NCBI GenBank assembly: GCA_965112155.1
Contig: OZ218098.1
Reading direction: 5' to 3' (one strand)
From: Podarcis liolepis
Taxonomy: Eukaryota
DNA length: 64,000 bases
Under the pieces are notes generated by a model. That model saw nothing but the letters and a program-made list of their open reading frames with translations. It did not search any database and was not told the DNA's origin. Both the position numbers and the translations under genes were made by a program. Positions 1 to 9,524 of this stretch are shown here, piece after piece (the stretch's first letter is position 1; each line of letters starts with the position of its first letter).

Positions 1-349
1 GGACTTCATAACTGATAGGGGGATTCGAACCCTGGTCTCAGCTCAGCACTCTAACCACTTCACCATGTGCTCTTCAAAGCCTTGGGCTGGACAAGAGGGG
101 GGAAAAGGAGTCAAGCCTGAGGCTCTGGAGGAGAAGAAGTGAGATTTTGCTCTCCTTTGCAGAGAGTCTATGAGTGGGGAAGGGCCTGGGAAGGCAACGC
201 TCCATATAGCAAGGTGGACAAGGAGGAGAAGCATCCCAAGGGGGGAGGACAATGATGAGGAAGGAAAAGGATGGCTCTGCTACCCCAGAGGGACTGGACC
301 AGCTCCATTGCTGGCAAGGAGGAACATAACATCAAGGTCTTAGATCAAA

Positions 350-535
350 GGAATATAGGAAGCTGCCTTAAATAGTGTCAGGCCATTAGTCCATCTAGCT
401 CAGCATTGCCTGTTCTGACTGGCAGCCCAGCTCTACAGGGTCTCAGGTGGGACATTCCCAGCCCTACTAGAGACGGCGGAAGTTGAATCTGGGACCTTCT
501 TGCATGCAACACAAATGCTCTAACACTGAAGTATG
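350..535 (-). mobile_element. Squam3-like tRNA-derived SINE
   Basis: Reverse complement has a tRNA-like head (..CATGCAAGAAGGTCCCAGATTCAA) and the GAGCTAGATGGAC..AAGGCAGCTTCCTAT tail shared with copies at about 23645 and 60305. Confidence 0.7.
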
Positions 536-1275
536 CACCCCCCCCAAAAAAAAGTTTATTCCTGGTTTGTTGGTAGGATGTTGGAGTAGAATTGTGCCAT
601 TCTAATAATCTTAAAATATTTACTCAGGAAGTGCATCTCCCCTACATAATCTTCAGAAACATGCATCATTTCCTTTTTGCATTATGGGTGAGCATTGTAG
701 GTTTTCAGGGGAAGATTGTGCTCTGTTTGGAGTCAGGCAAAATGATCCTGTTTTTCTGGATGAGGGGTTACTTTGCAAAAAGAGGCATTGCCAGAAACTC
801 TACCCCCCCCCAACACACTACCAGATTTTCCCTGGAAAAAGGTAAATCTGCATTAAATGGGGAGGTTGAGTAGGGTGATGTGGGCTGGCATGTGCACACA
901 TGCCTGGAAGCACTCACTGTTTTAATTCACCTTCCAATGGATAATAGAATGTGAAGAGGTGCTAATGTTTGGTTTTCTGTCTGACTGAGCTACCTTTTGT
1001 GGATAACTGGAACCAACCACTAGGTGTCGGTATGACACCTTAAAACTTCATGCCCAGAATCAAGATGGAAACCACTGGTTACGTTTCCTCATGCCATTAG
1101 CAGCTTTGTTTAAAACTTCTGTATAACCTTGGGCTTCTGAAATTCTGTTTAATATTTGCTTCCAGCTGTTATGTTTGTTTCTGCTGAATTCTTTCATATT
1201 CTGCCGGATGATTTGCTTTGCTAGCCTAAATGGGATGGCCACTTTTGGAGGGCAATCCATAAGAGTACACAGACT

Positions 1276-1276
<1 letters not shown>

Positions 1277-1311
<35 letters not shown>

Positions 1312-1313
1312 TA
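1277..1313. repeat. (GT)n microsatellite
   Basis: Direct reading. Confidence 0.9.
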
Positions 1314-1547
1314 TGGCAATGAATCTCACCATAGTGGGGAAGACTGGGCCTAGACAAGCAGCAACACTCTTTTCTTAGGGTCCTTTATCTTTCATGCTGA
1401 TCTGGACCATACAGCTCTTCAAAGAGAGGACCCTGCTCTGTAAAGTAGAAACACAGCCACCCTAGCTGTATACTGCCCTGATAATTTATTTTTAATGGAA
1501 GGGTAGTATATAACTAAGGCATCTGTAAACTTTTACCTGAAGCCTGT

Positions 1548-1813
1548 TGTTAAGTCGTGGGTTGACATAGCAGCCGGCACAGCGATTTCTTCAAGTAGCT
1601 CTTTATTATGGTAAGCTGGAATAGAACTGACTGCGAACAGCTCAGCCGGCCTGTATTTATAGGCAGCCGGCTGTCAACACTGTAACCACAACAGCCCAGA
1701 GTTCCCGCCTAAAATAACAGACGCGGACCTGAGTGAAAACTATCTACAGACCTGAGTGAAAACTATATACAGTATCCCCCTGTTGGCCCAGGGTGAAACT
1801 ACACTACATAACA
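1548..1813 (-). repeat. 3' LTR of the Gypsy element
   Basis: TGTTAAG...CATAACA, same sequence as 6202-6467; minus-strand TATAAAT (1655-1661) and AATAAA (1602-1607); internal duplication GACCTGAGTGAAAACTAT. Confidence 0.95.
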
Positions 1814-1826
1814 CCCCTCCCCACCG
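1814..1826 (-). promoter_or_regulatory. Polypurine tract
   Basis: Minus strand GGTGGGGAGGGG directly abutting the 3' LTR. Confidence 0.85.
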
Positions 1827-1926
1827 AGATAAGGCGTTAGTTACAATCGTAATGGTTTCCTTATATACAGCACTACGCGTAATGGTTCAATTAAGCACAA
1901 AAGCATATCGGTTACATTTCCCATAC

Positions 1927-4900
1927 TTAGACCAACAGTGATACCTGTCCAACAACATAGTCCTTTAAATAAGTTGGGCGCTTGGAAACTCTGCCAGACC
2001 GCCGGGGACTGGTAGCCAAGTCCGGAGGGCCACACAGTTCTCGCTGAGGCTGTGGTGCGACCCTAGGTGGCGTTGGAACCAACTCCCCTGGATCCGCTGC
2101 TGTGGGTGGAGCCTCCGCAAGTGGAGTGGTCTGAGTCTGTTCTGAAACGGCTTGGTTCGGCTCCACGCTGGCAGCTTGCGAGGGAGGTGTAGGTGGGGCC
2201 TCGCCATCTGTACGTGTCTCTTCTGGAGCCGCAAGCGCAGTTGGGGGCACCTCGGTAGTGTCCAAGTCCCCAACCCTGCGCCTAAGCTGGTCTATGTGCC
2301 GTCGCCACAAGCGTCCGTCTTCGAGTGCCACCTGGTACGAGCGAGGTCCAGTGACTCCCACTACTGTGGCTGGCACCCAAGGGATGTCCCCCACATAGTT
2401 CCGGGCAAAGACCTGGTTTCCTGGGACAAATGACCGTGGTGTGTTGGCACAGCCTGGGGGTTCAGCCACGGCAAAGTCTGGGTGTAGCCGGTCGAGCGGT
2501 GACCTGAGGCGGCGGCCCATAAGCAGTTCAGCCGGACTCCTCCCTGTGGCCGCATGAGGGGTGATGTGTTGTACGAACAAGTATTCGGCGACCCGCTCAT
2601 GCCAGTCTCCCCGGTCCAGGCGCGCCAGTGCCTCTTTTGTCGAGCGCACCATTCTTTCCGCTTGCCCGTTGCTGGATGGATGAAAGGGTGCCGTTAGGGC
2701 ATGGCGGATGCCCAGTCCCAAAAGATACCGCTCAAACGTGCCTGACGTGAACTGCGGTCCGTTGTCAGAGACAAGGACATCAGGACACCCATGCGTTGCA
2801 AACAGGCCTCGCAGCACCCGGATGACAGCTTCGGTAGTGGTGGAGGGCATCAGGGCGACCTCCAGCCATTTGGAATAGGCGTCCACCACTACCATAAAGG
2901 TCCGGCCGTGAAAGGGGCCAGCCAGATCGATGTGCACCCTCGACCAGGGTGTCTTTGGCGTCTCCCAGGTGTGTCTCTTAGCTGCCGGTGGTGCAGGCCT
3001 CGACTCCTGGCACGCTTGACAGGCGGACACCCAGGCAGTGATGGCATCGTCCATATTAGGCCACCAGACGTAACACCGAGCCAACGCCTTCATTTTGACA
3101 ATTCCCGGGTGGCCAACGTGCAGAGCCTCCAGGACGCGCTGACGGAGTCCCTGGGGAATCACGACACGGTCTCCCCACAGCAGGCAGCCGCGATGAGCTG
3201 AGAGTTCATGTTGTCTGGTTGCGAAGGGCTGGAACTCCGATGCAAAAGGCCCTTGTGGCCACCCCCTCCACACCCAGTTGAGCACCCGGCTGATGGTGCG
3301 ATCATGGGCAGATGCGGAGGCCACAGTGGCAGCCGATACAGGCGCTGCCGGAAGATCCTCAATCAGAAGGAGCGATGAAGCTGGAGCCGGGTCTTCCACA
3401 AATGCTGGAAGAGGGCAACAGCTGAGGGCGTCGGCATGGCCCATCGATTTCCCCGGGCGATGGATGAGCCGGTAGTGGTAGGCAGCCAGGAAAACAGTCC
3501 ATCGCAGCATGCGTGGTGAGAGGACCGGTGGAGTTGGACGATCACCGGCGAGGAGGCCCAGGAGTGGCTTGTGGTCAGTGATGAGGTCAAAAGTCCTGCC
3601 ATAGAGGTATTCATGGAACCTCTTCACTCCAGCCACAAGTGCCAATGCCTCCTTGTCGAGCTGGCTGTAATTCCGTTCCGTCGGAGATAGTGTCCTGGAA
3701 AAGTAGGCGAGCGGTGCTTCTCTTCCATCTGGAAAACGGTGACTAAGGACAGCACCGATGCCAAAAGGTGAGGCGTCGCAGGCAAGGACCAGCGGCCTGG
3801 ATTCACTGTACTGTACCAGCACACTGTCTGAAGAAAGGAGAGCCTTGACCGCGTTGAAGGCCGCCGTCTCCCGATGACCCCAGGCCCAAGGCGTCTTAGT
3901 GCTAAGGAGTCGGTGAAGAGGCTCAGCCACTGTGGCTTTGTGGGGCAGGAACATGTTATAAAAGTTCAGCAGCCGCAGGAATGCCTGCAACTCCGTTTTG
4001 TTCTTTGGGGCGGGGGCCTGCTGGATAGCGCGGATCTTGGATGTGGTTGGATGAAGACCGGAGGCATCGATAAGATAGCCCAGGAACTCTACCTGTGGAA
4101 CAGCGATCTGGCACTTGTCCCTCTTTACCTTGAGCCCGGCCTCCTGGAACCTGGTCAGCACGGCACGGAGGCGCTCGAACAGCTGCTGGTGTGAGTCTGC
4201 AGACACCAAGACGTCATCAAAATATGGTACCACGCCCGGAAGCCCTTGCAGGAGACGCTCCATAAGGCTTTGGAAGATGCCAGGAGCCACACTCACCCCG
4301 AACTGCAAGCGGCGGCAACGGAATGCCCCCCGGTGGGTGACGATCGTCTGGGCTTCAGCAGTGGCATCATTGACTGGCAGTTGTTGATAGGCTTGGGCAA
4401 GGTCCAGCTTAGCGAAGACCTTACCCTCACCCAGGGAATGCAGCAGGTGTTGGACAACAGGAACCGGGTAAGCGTGCTGCTGAAGTGCCTTGTTGATCGT
4501 GCACTTGTAGTCAGCGCAGATTCTCACCGACCCATCTGGCTTGACAGGCGTGATGATGGGGGTTTCCCACTTTGCGTGGTCAACCGGCTCCAAAACTCCT
4601 TGGGCGATCAGTTTGTCCAGTTGTTCGTCCACCTTAGCCTTGAGAGCAAAGGGAACCCGGCGTGGCTTTAGCTTGATGGGGGCGACTTGTGGATCAAGGC
4701 TAAAGGAGATGGGCGTACCTGTATATTGGCCCAAGGTGCCGTCAAAAACCTCGGCAAAGTCTTTGACCAGACCCTCAGTCTCTGCGTTAGAGATGCAGTT
4801 GATGCCGGTGACTTCCAGGCCGAGGGCATCAAACCAGTCTAGCCCTAGGAGGCTTGGCCGCTGACCTTCGACCACCACCAACCGGAGCAGGCCCGAAAAA

Positions 4901-6006
4901 TCCTTGAAGGCGATCCGGAACCGGCCAACGCCTACCACGGGAATGTCGTTTCCCTGGTAGTCTCTCAGGTGTACGCGGTGAGAGTCGAGTTGCCTTTTGG
5001 ACACTCTGGGTACCAGTCTTTTGATGGAGCTCCATGACACGATGGACAGGGCAGACCCGGTGTCGATCTCCATGTCACATGGAGCTCCTTCAATGAGCAC
5101 CGTGACGTTCAGCTTGCGTCGCGTAGGCGAGTCGGTTTGGCCAATCGTGGTTCCAGACGGGCAGCGGCAGTTGGTGAGAGCGAAACAACTTTCCTTGGCA
5201 GACTGGAGTGAAGACTTGGACTTGCGAGTCGATGAAGGGGGGGTGTCAGACGGAGCTGATCGGCAGACCTTAGCGATGTGGCCCCTTCTGGAACACTTCC
5301 TACAGATGGCGTCTCTGAATCGACACTTGGCACGGGAATGGTTGCCTCCGCAGCCAGCACATTCCGGTTGGCCCTTGGACTTCTGTTGGAACTTCCTGCG
5401 CTCCCGCTTTGTCTGGTGCACGTCATTGTCTTCACTGGAGGATGCCTCCTCACTGCTGGCCTCTTCATGATGCACCGGAACTGGCTCCCTAGCAAGACGC
5501 GGGCTGCTGGACTTGCGGATCTCCTGGGCGGAGCGTTCAGCAGCTTCTGAGGCCACAGCCTCCTCAATGGCTTTCTGTAGCGTGAGGTCTGGCTTGGCTA
5601 GGAGGCGCCGTTGCAGATGGATGTCCCGGACCCCGCAGACGATTCGATCCATCAGGGCATCGTCTAAGTCTCGGAACTCACAGTGCATTGCAGCCTCCCC
5701 CTCTGCCTGGTTCCGGTGGTAGAACGCATGGCGGGCAGCAATCTTGGACGGCTTTGGTGCGTAGTGGTTGCGGAGCTTCTCTTGGATCGTGTCCCATGGT
5801 GTTGCCTGGACTGCTTCAGGCGCAACCAACGCTCGGGCCGTCTCAAACACCTCAGGCCCACAGAGGCTGAGGAATAGGCCCCGCTTCCGCTCCTGTGATA
5901 CTTCTGTCAGCTCGTTGGCTTGGAGGTAGCAGTCGAACCGAGCGAGGTAGGAGTCCCATGATTCAGAGGCTGGCGCAAAAGGCGGTAGAGGCACAAGTGA
6001 AGCCAT
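1927..6006 (-). CDS. Gag-Pol polyprotein, 1359 aa (Gag with two zinc knuckles, protease, RT, RNase H, integrase)
   Basis: Knuckles CAGCGGNHSRAKC and CRKCSRRGHIAKVC; protease IDTGS; RT LQFGV and YFDD; RNase H LACDASPFGIG and TDHKPL; integrase HVGH...CQAC, HIDLAG, SDNGPQF, GQAER; C-terminal RRSGRVSKRPTYLKDYV. Confidence 0.96.
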   Translation of the reverse strand: MASLVPLPPFAPASESWDSYLARFDCYLQANELTEVSQERKRGLFLSLCGPEVFETARALVAPEAVQATPWDTIQEKLRNHYAPKPSKIAARHAFYHRNQAEGEAAMHCEFRDLDDALMDRIVCGVRDIHLQRRLLAKPDLTLQKAIEEAVASEAAERSAQEIRKSSSPRLAREPVPVHHEEASSEEASSSEDNDVHQTKRERRKFQQKSKGQPECAGCGGNHSRAKCRFRDAICRKCSRRGHIAKVCRSAPSDTPPSSTRKSKSSLQSAKESCFALTNCRCPSGTTIGQTDSPTRRKLNVTVLIEGAPCDMEIDTGSALSIVSWSSIKRLVPRVSKRQLDSHRVHLRDYQGNDIPVVGVGRFRIAFKDFSGLLRLVVVEGQRPSLLGLDWFDALGLEVTGINCISNAETEGLVKDFAEVFDGTLGQYTGTPISFSLDPQVAPIKLKPRRVPFALKAKVDEQLDKLIAQGVLEPVDHAKWETPIITPVKPDGSVRICADYKCTINKALQQHAYPVPVVQHLLHSLGEGKVFAKLDLAQAYQQLPVNDATAEAQTIVTHRGAFRCRRLQFGVSVAPGIFQSLMERLLQGLPGVVPYFDDVLVSADSHQQLFERLRAVLTRFQEAGLKVKRDKCQIAVPQVEFLGYLIDASGLHPTTSKIRAIQQAPAPKNKTELQAFLRLLNFYNMFLPHKATVAEPLHRLLSTKTPWAWGHRETAAFNAVKALLSSDSVLVQYSESRPLVLACDASPFGIGAVLSHRFPDGREAPLAYFSRTLSPTERNYSQLDKEALALVAGVKRFHEYLYGRTFDLITDHKPLLGLLAGDRPTPPVLSPRMLRWTVFLAAYHYRLIHRPGKSMGHADALSCCPLPAFVEDPAPASSLLLIEDLPAAPVSAATVASASAHDRTISRVLNWVWRGWPQGPFASEFQPFATRQHELSAHRGCLLWGDRVVIPQGLRQRVLEALHVGHPGIVKMKALARCYVWWPNMDDAITAWVSACQACQESRPAPPAAKRHTWETPKTPWSRVHIDLAGPFHGRTFMVVVDAYSKWLEVALMPSTTTEAVIRVLRGLFATHGCPDVLVSDNGPQFTSGTFERYLLGLGIRHALTAPFHPSSNGQAERMVRSTKEALARLDRGDWHERVAEYLFVQHITPHAATGRSPAELLMGRRLRSPLDRLHPDFAVAEPPGCANTPRSFVPGNQVFARNYVGDIPWVPATVVGVTGPRSYQVALEDGRLWRRHIDQLRRRVGDLDTTEVPPTALAAPEETRTDGEAPPTPPSQAASVEPNQAVSEQTQTTPLAEAPPTAADPGELVPTPPRVAPQPQRELCGPPDLATSPRRSGRVSKRPTYLKDYVVGQVSLLV

Positions 6007-6182
6007 GATTCCGATGCCGGCGTGAAGGGCGATGGATGGAACACAGTGCTCTAGCCAGAACAGTCAGCTCTGAACTGGTTCTGCCCAGTGATTTCGCTCA
6101 GTGATTTCGCTCTGTGATTCAGCTCAGTGATTCAGCTCAGTTCAGAGGCTGGCCGCATCTGGCTGTGCTCTGGTGTCCATCC

Positions 6183-6200
6183 ATCCCACCTTCGTCGCCA
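6183..6200 (-). promoter_or_regulatory. Primer-binding site, probably tRNA-Ser(GCT)
   Basis: Minus strand TGGCGACGAAGGTGGGAT, 1 nt from the LTR; complementary to ATCCCACCTTCGTCG+CCA, the 3' end of vertebrate tRNA-Ser(GCT) as I recall it. Confidence 0.85.
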
Positions 6201-6201
6201 G

Positions 6202-6467
6202 TGTTAAGTCGTGGGTTGACATAGCAGCCGGCACAGCGATTTCTTCAAGTAGCTCTTTATTATGGTAAGCTGGAATAGAACTGACTGCGAACAGCTCAGC
6301 CGGCCTGTATTTATAGGCAGCCGGCTGTCAACACTGTAACCACAACAGCCCAGAGTTCCCGCCTAAAATAACAGACGCGGACCTGAGTGAAAACTATCTA
6401 CAGACCTGAGTGAAAACTATATACAGTATCCCCCTGTTGGCCCAGGGTGAAACTACACTACATAACA
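6202..6467 (-). repeat. 5' LTR of the Gypsy element
   Basis: Matches 1548-1813 with no mismatch found by eye; followed on the minus strand by the PBS. Confidence 0.95.
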
Positions 6468-6623
6468 CCTGTGTTACACCCAGAACATAACACAGGCTAC
6501 CATACTAAAACACACAAATCCAAACAAAAACGGGTTGCTAAAAACTTTCTTGGATGTCCACAAAGAATAAACAAGCAAACACAAATATTCTTGCAACACT
6601 TCCAAACAGGATCTTGAGTTCTG

Positions 6624-7044
6624 TGGTTTTTTTTATAAAAATTTTTATTGGTTTTTCACAGTTTTTATAAACACAAACAATACACAATACAAACAAAAAC
6701 ACACAAACATGTATAATTTCATGTGCCTTTTTCTTAAACCTTACTTCGCCGACTTCCCCATACCTCCCCTTTCTACATCCCAATTTCAAAAATTATTTCA
6801 GCAAATCCTCACACTTAATCTTTTACAGCTGTAATCTCCTTTTTTTAAAAAAAAAACCACGACATTTTAGCATTCATTAATTTTACAATGTTTTTAAGGT
6901 ATATTTTGAATTTCTTCCAGTCTTCTTCCGCCGTCTCTTTCCCCTGGTCACGGATTCTGCCGGTCATTTCAGCCAGTCCCATATAGTCTATCACCTTCAT
7001 CTGCCATTCTTCCAAAGTGGGTAGATCTTGAGTCTTCCAATGCT
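6624..7044 (-). mobile_element. 5'-truncated L1-like LINE with 17-bp TSD
   Basis: TSD CAGGATCTTGAGTTCTG at 6607-6623 and 7045-7061; A tail and AATAAA on the minus strand; ORF2-end-like peptide WKTQDLPTLEEWQMKVIDYMGLAEMT. Confidence 0.8.
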
Positions 7045-7649
7045 CAGGATCTTGAGTTCTGGTAAGTCTTTGGTGGTTTTAACATGGGTAGGAAGTTAGG
7101 TTGCTACATCTGCAGACTGGGTCATTTTTTCCCCTGGTGAAAGCAAACGGGGGCCTGGATGCATGCAACCATGTTATGTCTAAGATGGGCTCCACAATAT
7201 GTTTGAGACTTAGGGTTCCTCCCTGCAACCTCTTTGTTGAGCATTCATTCTGATTGGTTTGCTGGGAAGTTAGATGACGTGGTATCAAAGCTTTCAATGC
7301 TCTCATGCTGCCGTAGTCTCAACAAGGGGACAAGTGCCAGCACTCACTCTCTCAATACAGGCTAGGCTTCCATGACAAAGGAATGTTCTGGCCCCACACA
7401 CCTTGTTCTCTGACCCTTGAAATGTCTTTTGGCATTCCTGGCAGGAATCTTCTTGTGCTCAGTATTTGCTCTGGGATATGGCCAGCCCGAAGGCATATGA
7501 GCTTTGTGTTCAGTGGTGCAGAATAACCTGATGGGAAGGCTGCTCCTTACTCATTTGCCTTTGTGGTTACAATTGATAAAGAGGGAATAATTTCACTAAG
7601 TCCACTCCAGAATAATAGGTAGTGCTGGTTGACTTGGCTGCCTATATAG

Positions 7650-8017
7650 GTAAAAAAGGTAAAGGTAAAGGATCCCTGGATGGTTAAGACCAGTCAAAGA
7701 AGACTATGGGGTTGTGGCGCTCATCTTGCTTTCAGACCAAGGAAGCCAGTGTTTGTCCACAGACAGCTTTCTGGGTCATGTGGCCAGCATGACTAAGCTG
7801 TTTCTGTGCAATGGGACTCCATGAAGGAAGCCAGAGCGTTTACCTTCCTGCCACAGCAGTACCTATTTATCTACTTGCACTGGCGTGCTTTCGAACTGCT
7901 AGTTTGGCAGGAGCTGGGACAGAGCAACAGGAGCTCATTCCATCATGGGGATTCAAACTGCCAACCTTCCAATCGGCAAGCCCAGGAGGCTCAGTGGTTT
8001 AGACCACAGCACCACCT
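7650..8017 (-). mobile_element. Sauria (Squam1) SINE with 13-bp TSD
   Basis: (ACCTTT)n tail; TSD GCTGCCTATATAG at 7637-7649 and 8018-8030; homologous to 10045-10400. Confidence 0.9.
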
Positions 8018-8034
8018 GCTGCCTATATAGTGAC

Positions 8035-8358
8035 TGTCTCAAGGCAAATCTTAAATAAATGTATTATAAACACAGACAACTGGGAAACACTGGCCTGCGA
8101 ATGCTCCAGTTGGAGAACAGCCTTTACCAAAGGTGTCATGGACTTTGAAGACACTTGAACTCAGAACGCAAGGGAGAAAGATGCTAAGAGGAAGGCACGC
8201 TTGGCAAACCCTCACCAGGATCAACTCCTGCCCGGGAACTAATGTCCCCTCTGTGGAAGGACTTGGGGGTCCAGAATCGGCCTCCACAGTCACAGTCTCA
8301 TTGTTAAAACCGTGTTTATGGAAGACAATCTTACTCGGCTACGAGTGATCACCAAAGA
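8035..8358 (+). mobile_element. RTE-clade LINE 3' fragment
   Basis: Degenerate C-terminal peptide (NWETLA...CPLCGRTxGSRIGLHSH-like zinc finger) typical of RTE ORF ends. Confidence 0.55.
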
Positions 8359-9087
8359 TATAGTGCAATGCAGTGTAGTGCAACAAGGATTACTCTGCAT
8401 CATGCTTATTCTCCAATAGGAGCCTTGTACCCGGCGTAGCTTAAAATTCCCAAATCAGTTAAGTTTTGCAATTGGTGGTTCAAATCAGTGCAGTTTTGAA
8501 AGGTTCGGTGCACCATCTTGATTCAAAATGGCATCCAGTTGTATATTCAAACATAGATGAAAACCTGTTCCTTGATATGAGGAAACATTGCGCAAAATTT
8601 GGTAATGATATCTTAAGAGCTGTCCCCAAACTCATAGCAAATGGACAAGCAAATTTCCCAAACATATAGCAGATTATATACAGATGTGTTTGTCCCCCCA
8701 TTTACATAGGGGTTGTGTTCAGGGCCCCTGTATGCATAAGTGAAATCATGTAAAGTGGGGAGCACCCTTTAAATGCCCTTTGTACCATTTTCTCTTTGAT
8801 CCATACCAAAAACAAGGTGAAGCGGAGCAGCCAAACAAAGCCCTGCCATGCCTCCAGTCTCTTCTCCGCTCTCACTGGTGTGCTCTTTGGGCTCTGGGGA
8901 AGGTCTTCTCATGAGCCACAAGGACTCTCAAGCTCTTTCCTGCCATTTCCAGATATGAACTGAATTATTTAGTTATTTCCTAGTGCCAGGCATATATGCA
9001 GTCACGCATGAGATCATCACATGTAAGTGAGGGGAATGCCTCTAATGATGTGTATTTTTCCTCTAGCAAATGCATTAGGTGTGTAAG

Positions 9088-9214
9088 AGTCAGTGTGGTG
9101 TGGTGGTTAAAAGTGTGGGACTACAGTCAGGTTCAAATCCCTCCTCTGCCATGAAGCTTACTGGGTGACATTGGGCCAGTCAAACTAATCTACTTCACAG
9201 GGTGGATGTGAGGA
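9088..9214 (+). mobile_element. MIR-like CORE SINE, interrupted by CR1
   Basis: A/B-box-like head (GTGGTTAA..GGTTCAAATCC) and core GGGTGACATTGGGCCAGTC. Confidence 0.6.
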
Positions 9215-9524
9215 TAGAATAGAATCATAGAATCATGGAATCATAGAGTTGGAATAGACCACAAGGGCCATCGAGTCCAACCCCCTGCCAAGCAGGAAAC
9301 ACCATCAGAGCACTCCTGACATATGGCTGTCAAGCCTCTGCTTAAAGACCTCCAAAGTAGGAGACTCCACCACACTCCTTGGCAGCAAATTCCACTGTCA
9401 AACAGCTCTTACTGTCAGGAAGTTCTTCCTAATGTTTAGGTGGAATCTTCTTTCTTGTAGTTTGGATCCATTGCTCCGTGTCCGCTTCTCTGGAGCAGCA
9501 GAAAACAACCTTTCTCCCTCCTCT
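9215..9524 (-). mobile_element. CR1 LINE 3' end
   Basis: (ATTCTATG)n tail on the minus strand plus the CR1 3' hairpin region and ORF2 end (LNIRKNFLTVRAV). Confidence 0.85.

Larger units (their letters stand above)
1548..6467 (-). mobile_element. Full-length Ty3/Gypsy LTR retrotransposon (Mag-like), 4920 bp
   Basis: Two 266-bp direct repeats with TG...CA ends; 5-bp TSD CCTGT (1543-1547 and 6468-6472); PBS and PPT on the minus strand; single gag-pol ORF in PR-RT-RH-IN order. Confidence 0.97.

Noticed and set aside
1827-1926. Possible env or extra ORF between pol and the 3' LTR
   Set aside because: Only about 100 nt; no room for one.
1965-5877. Many 60-160 aa ORFs overlapping or antisense to gag-pol
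   Set aside because: Expected shadow ORFs in GC-rich coding DNA; no motifs, no env-like signal peptide or TM segment.
6086-6137. CRISPR-like array
   Set aside because: Contiguous tandem repeats with no spacers, in eukaryotic DNA.
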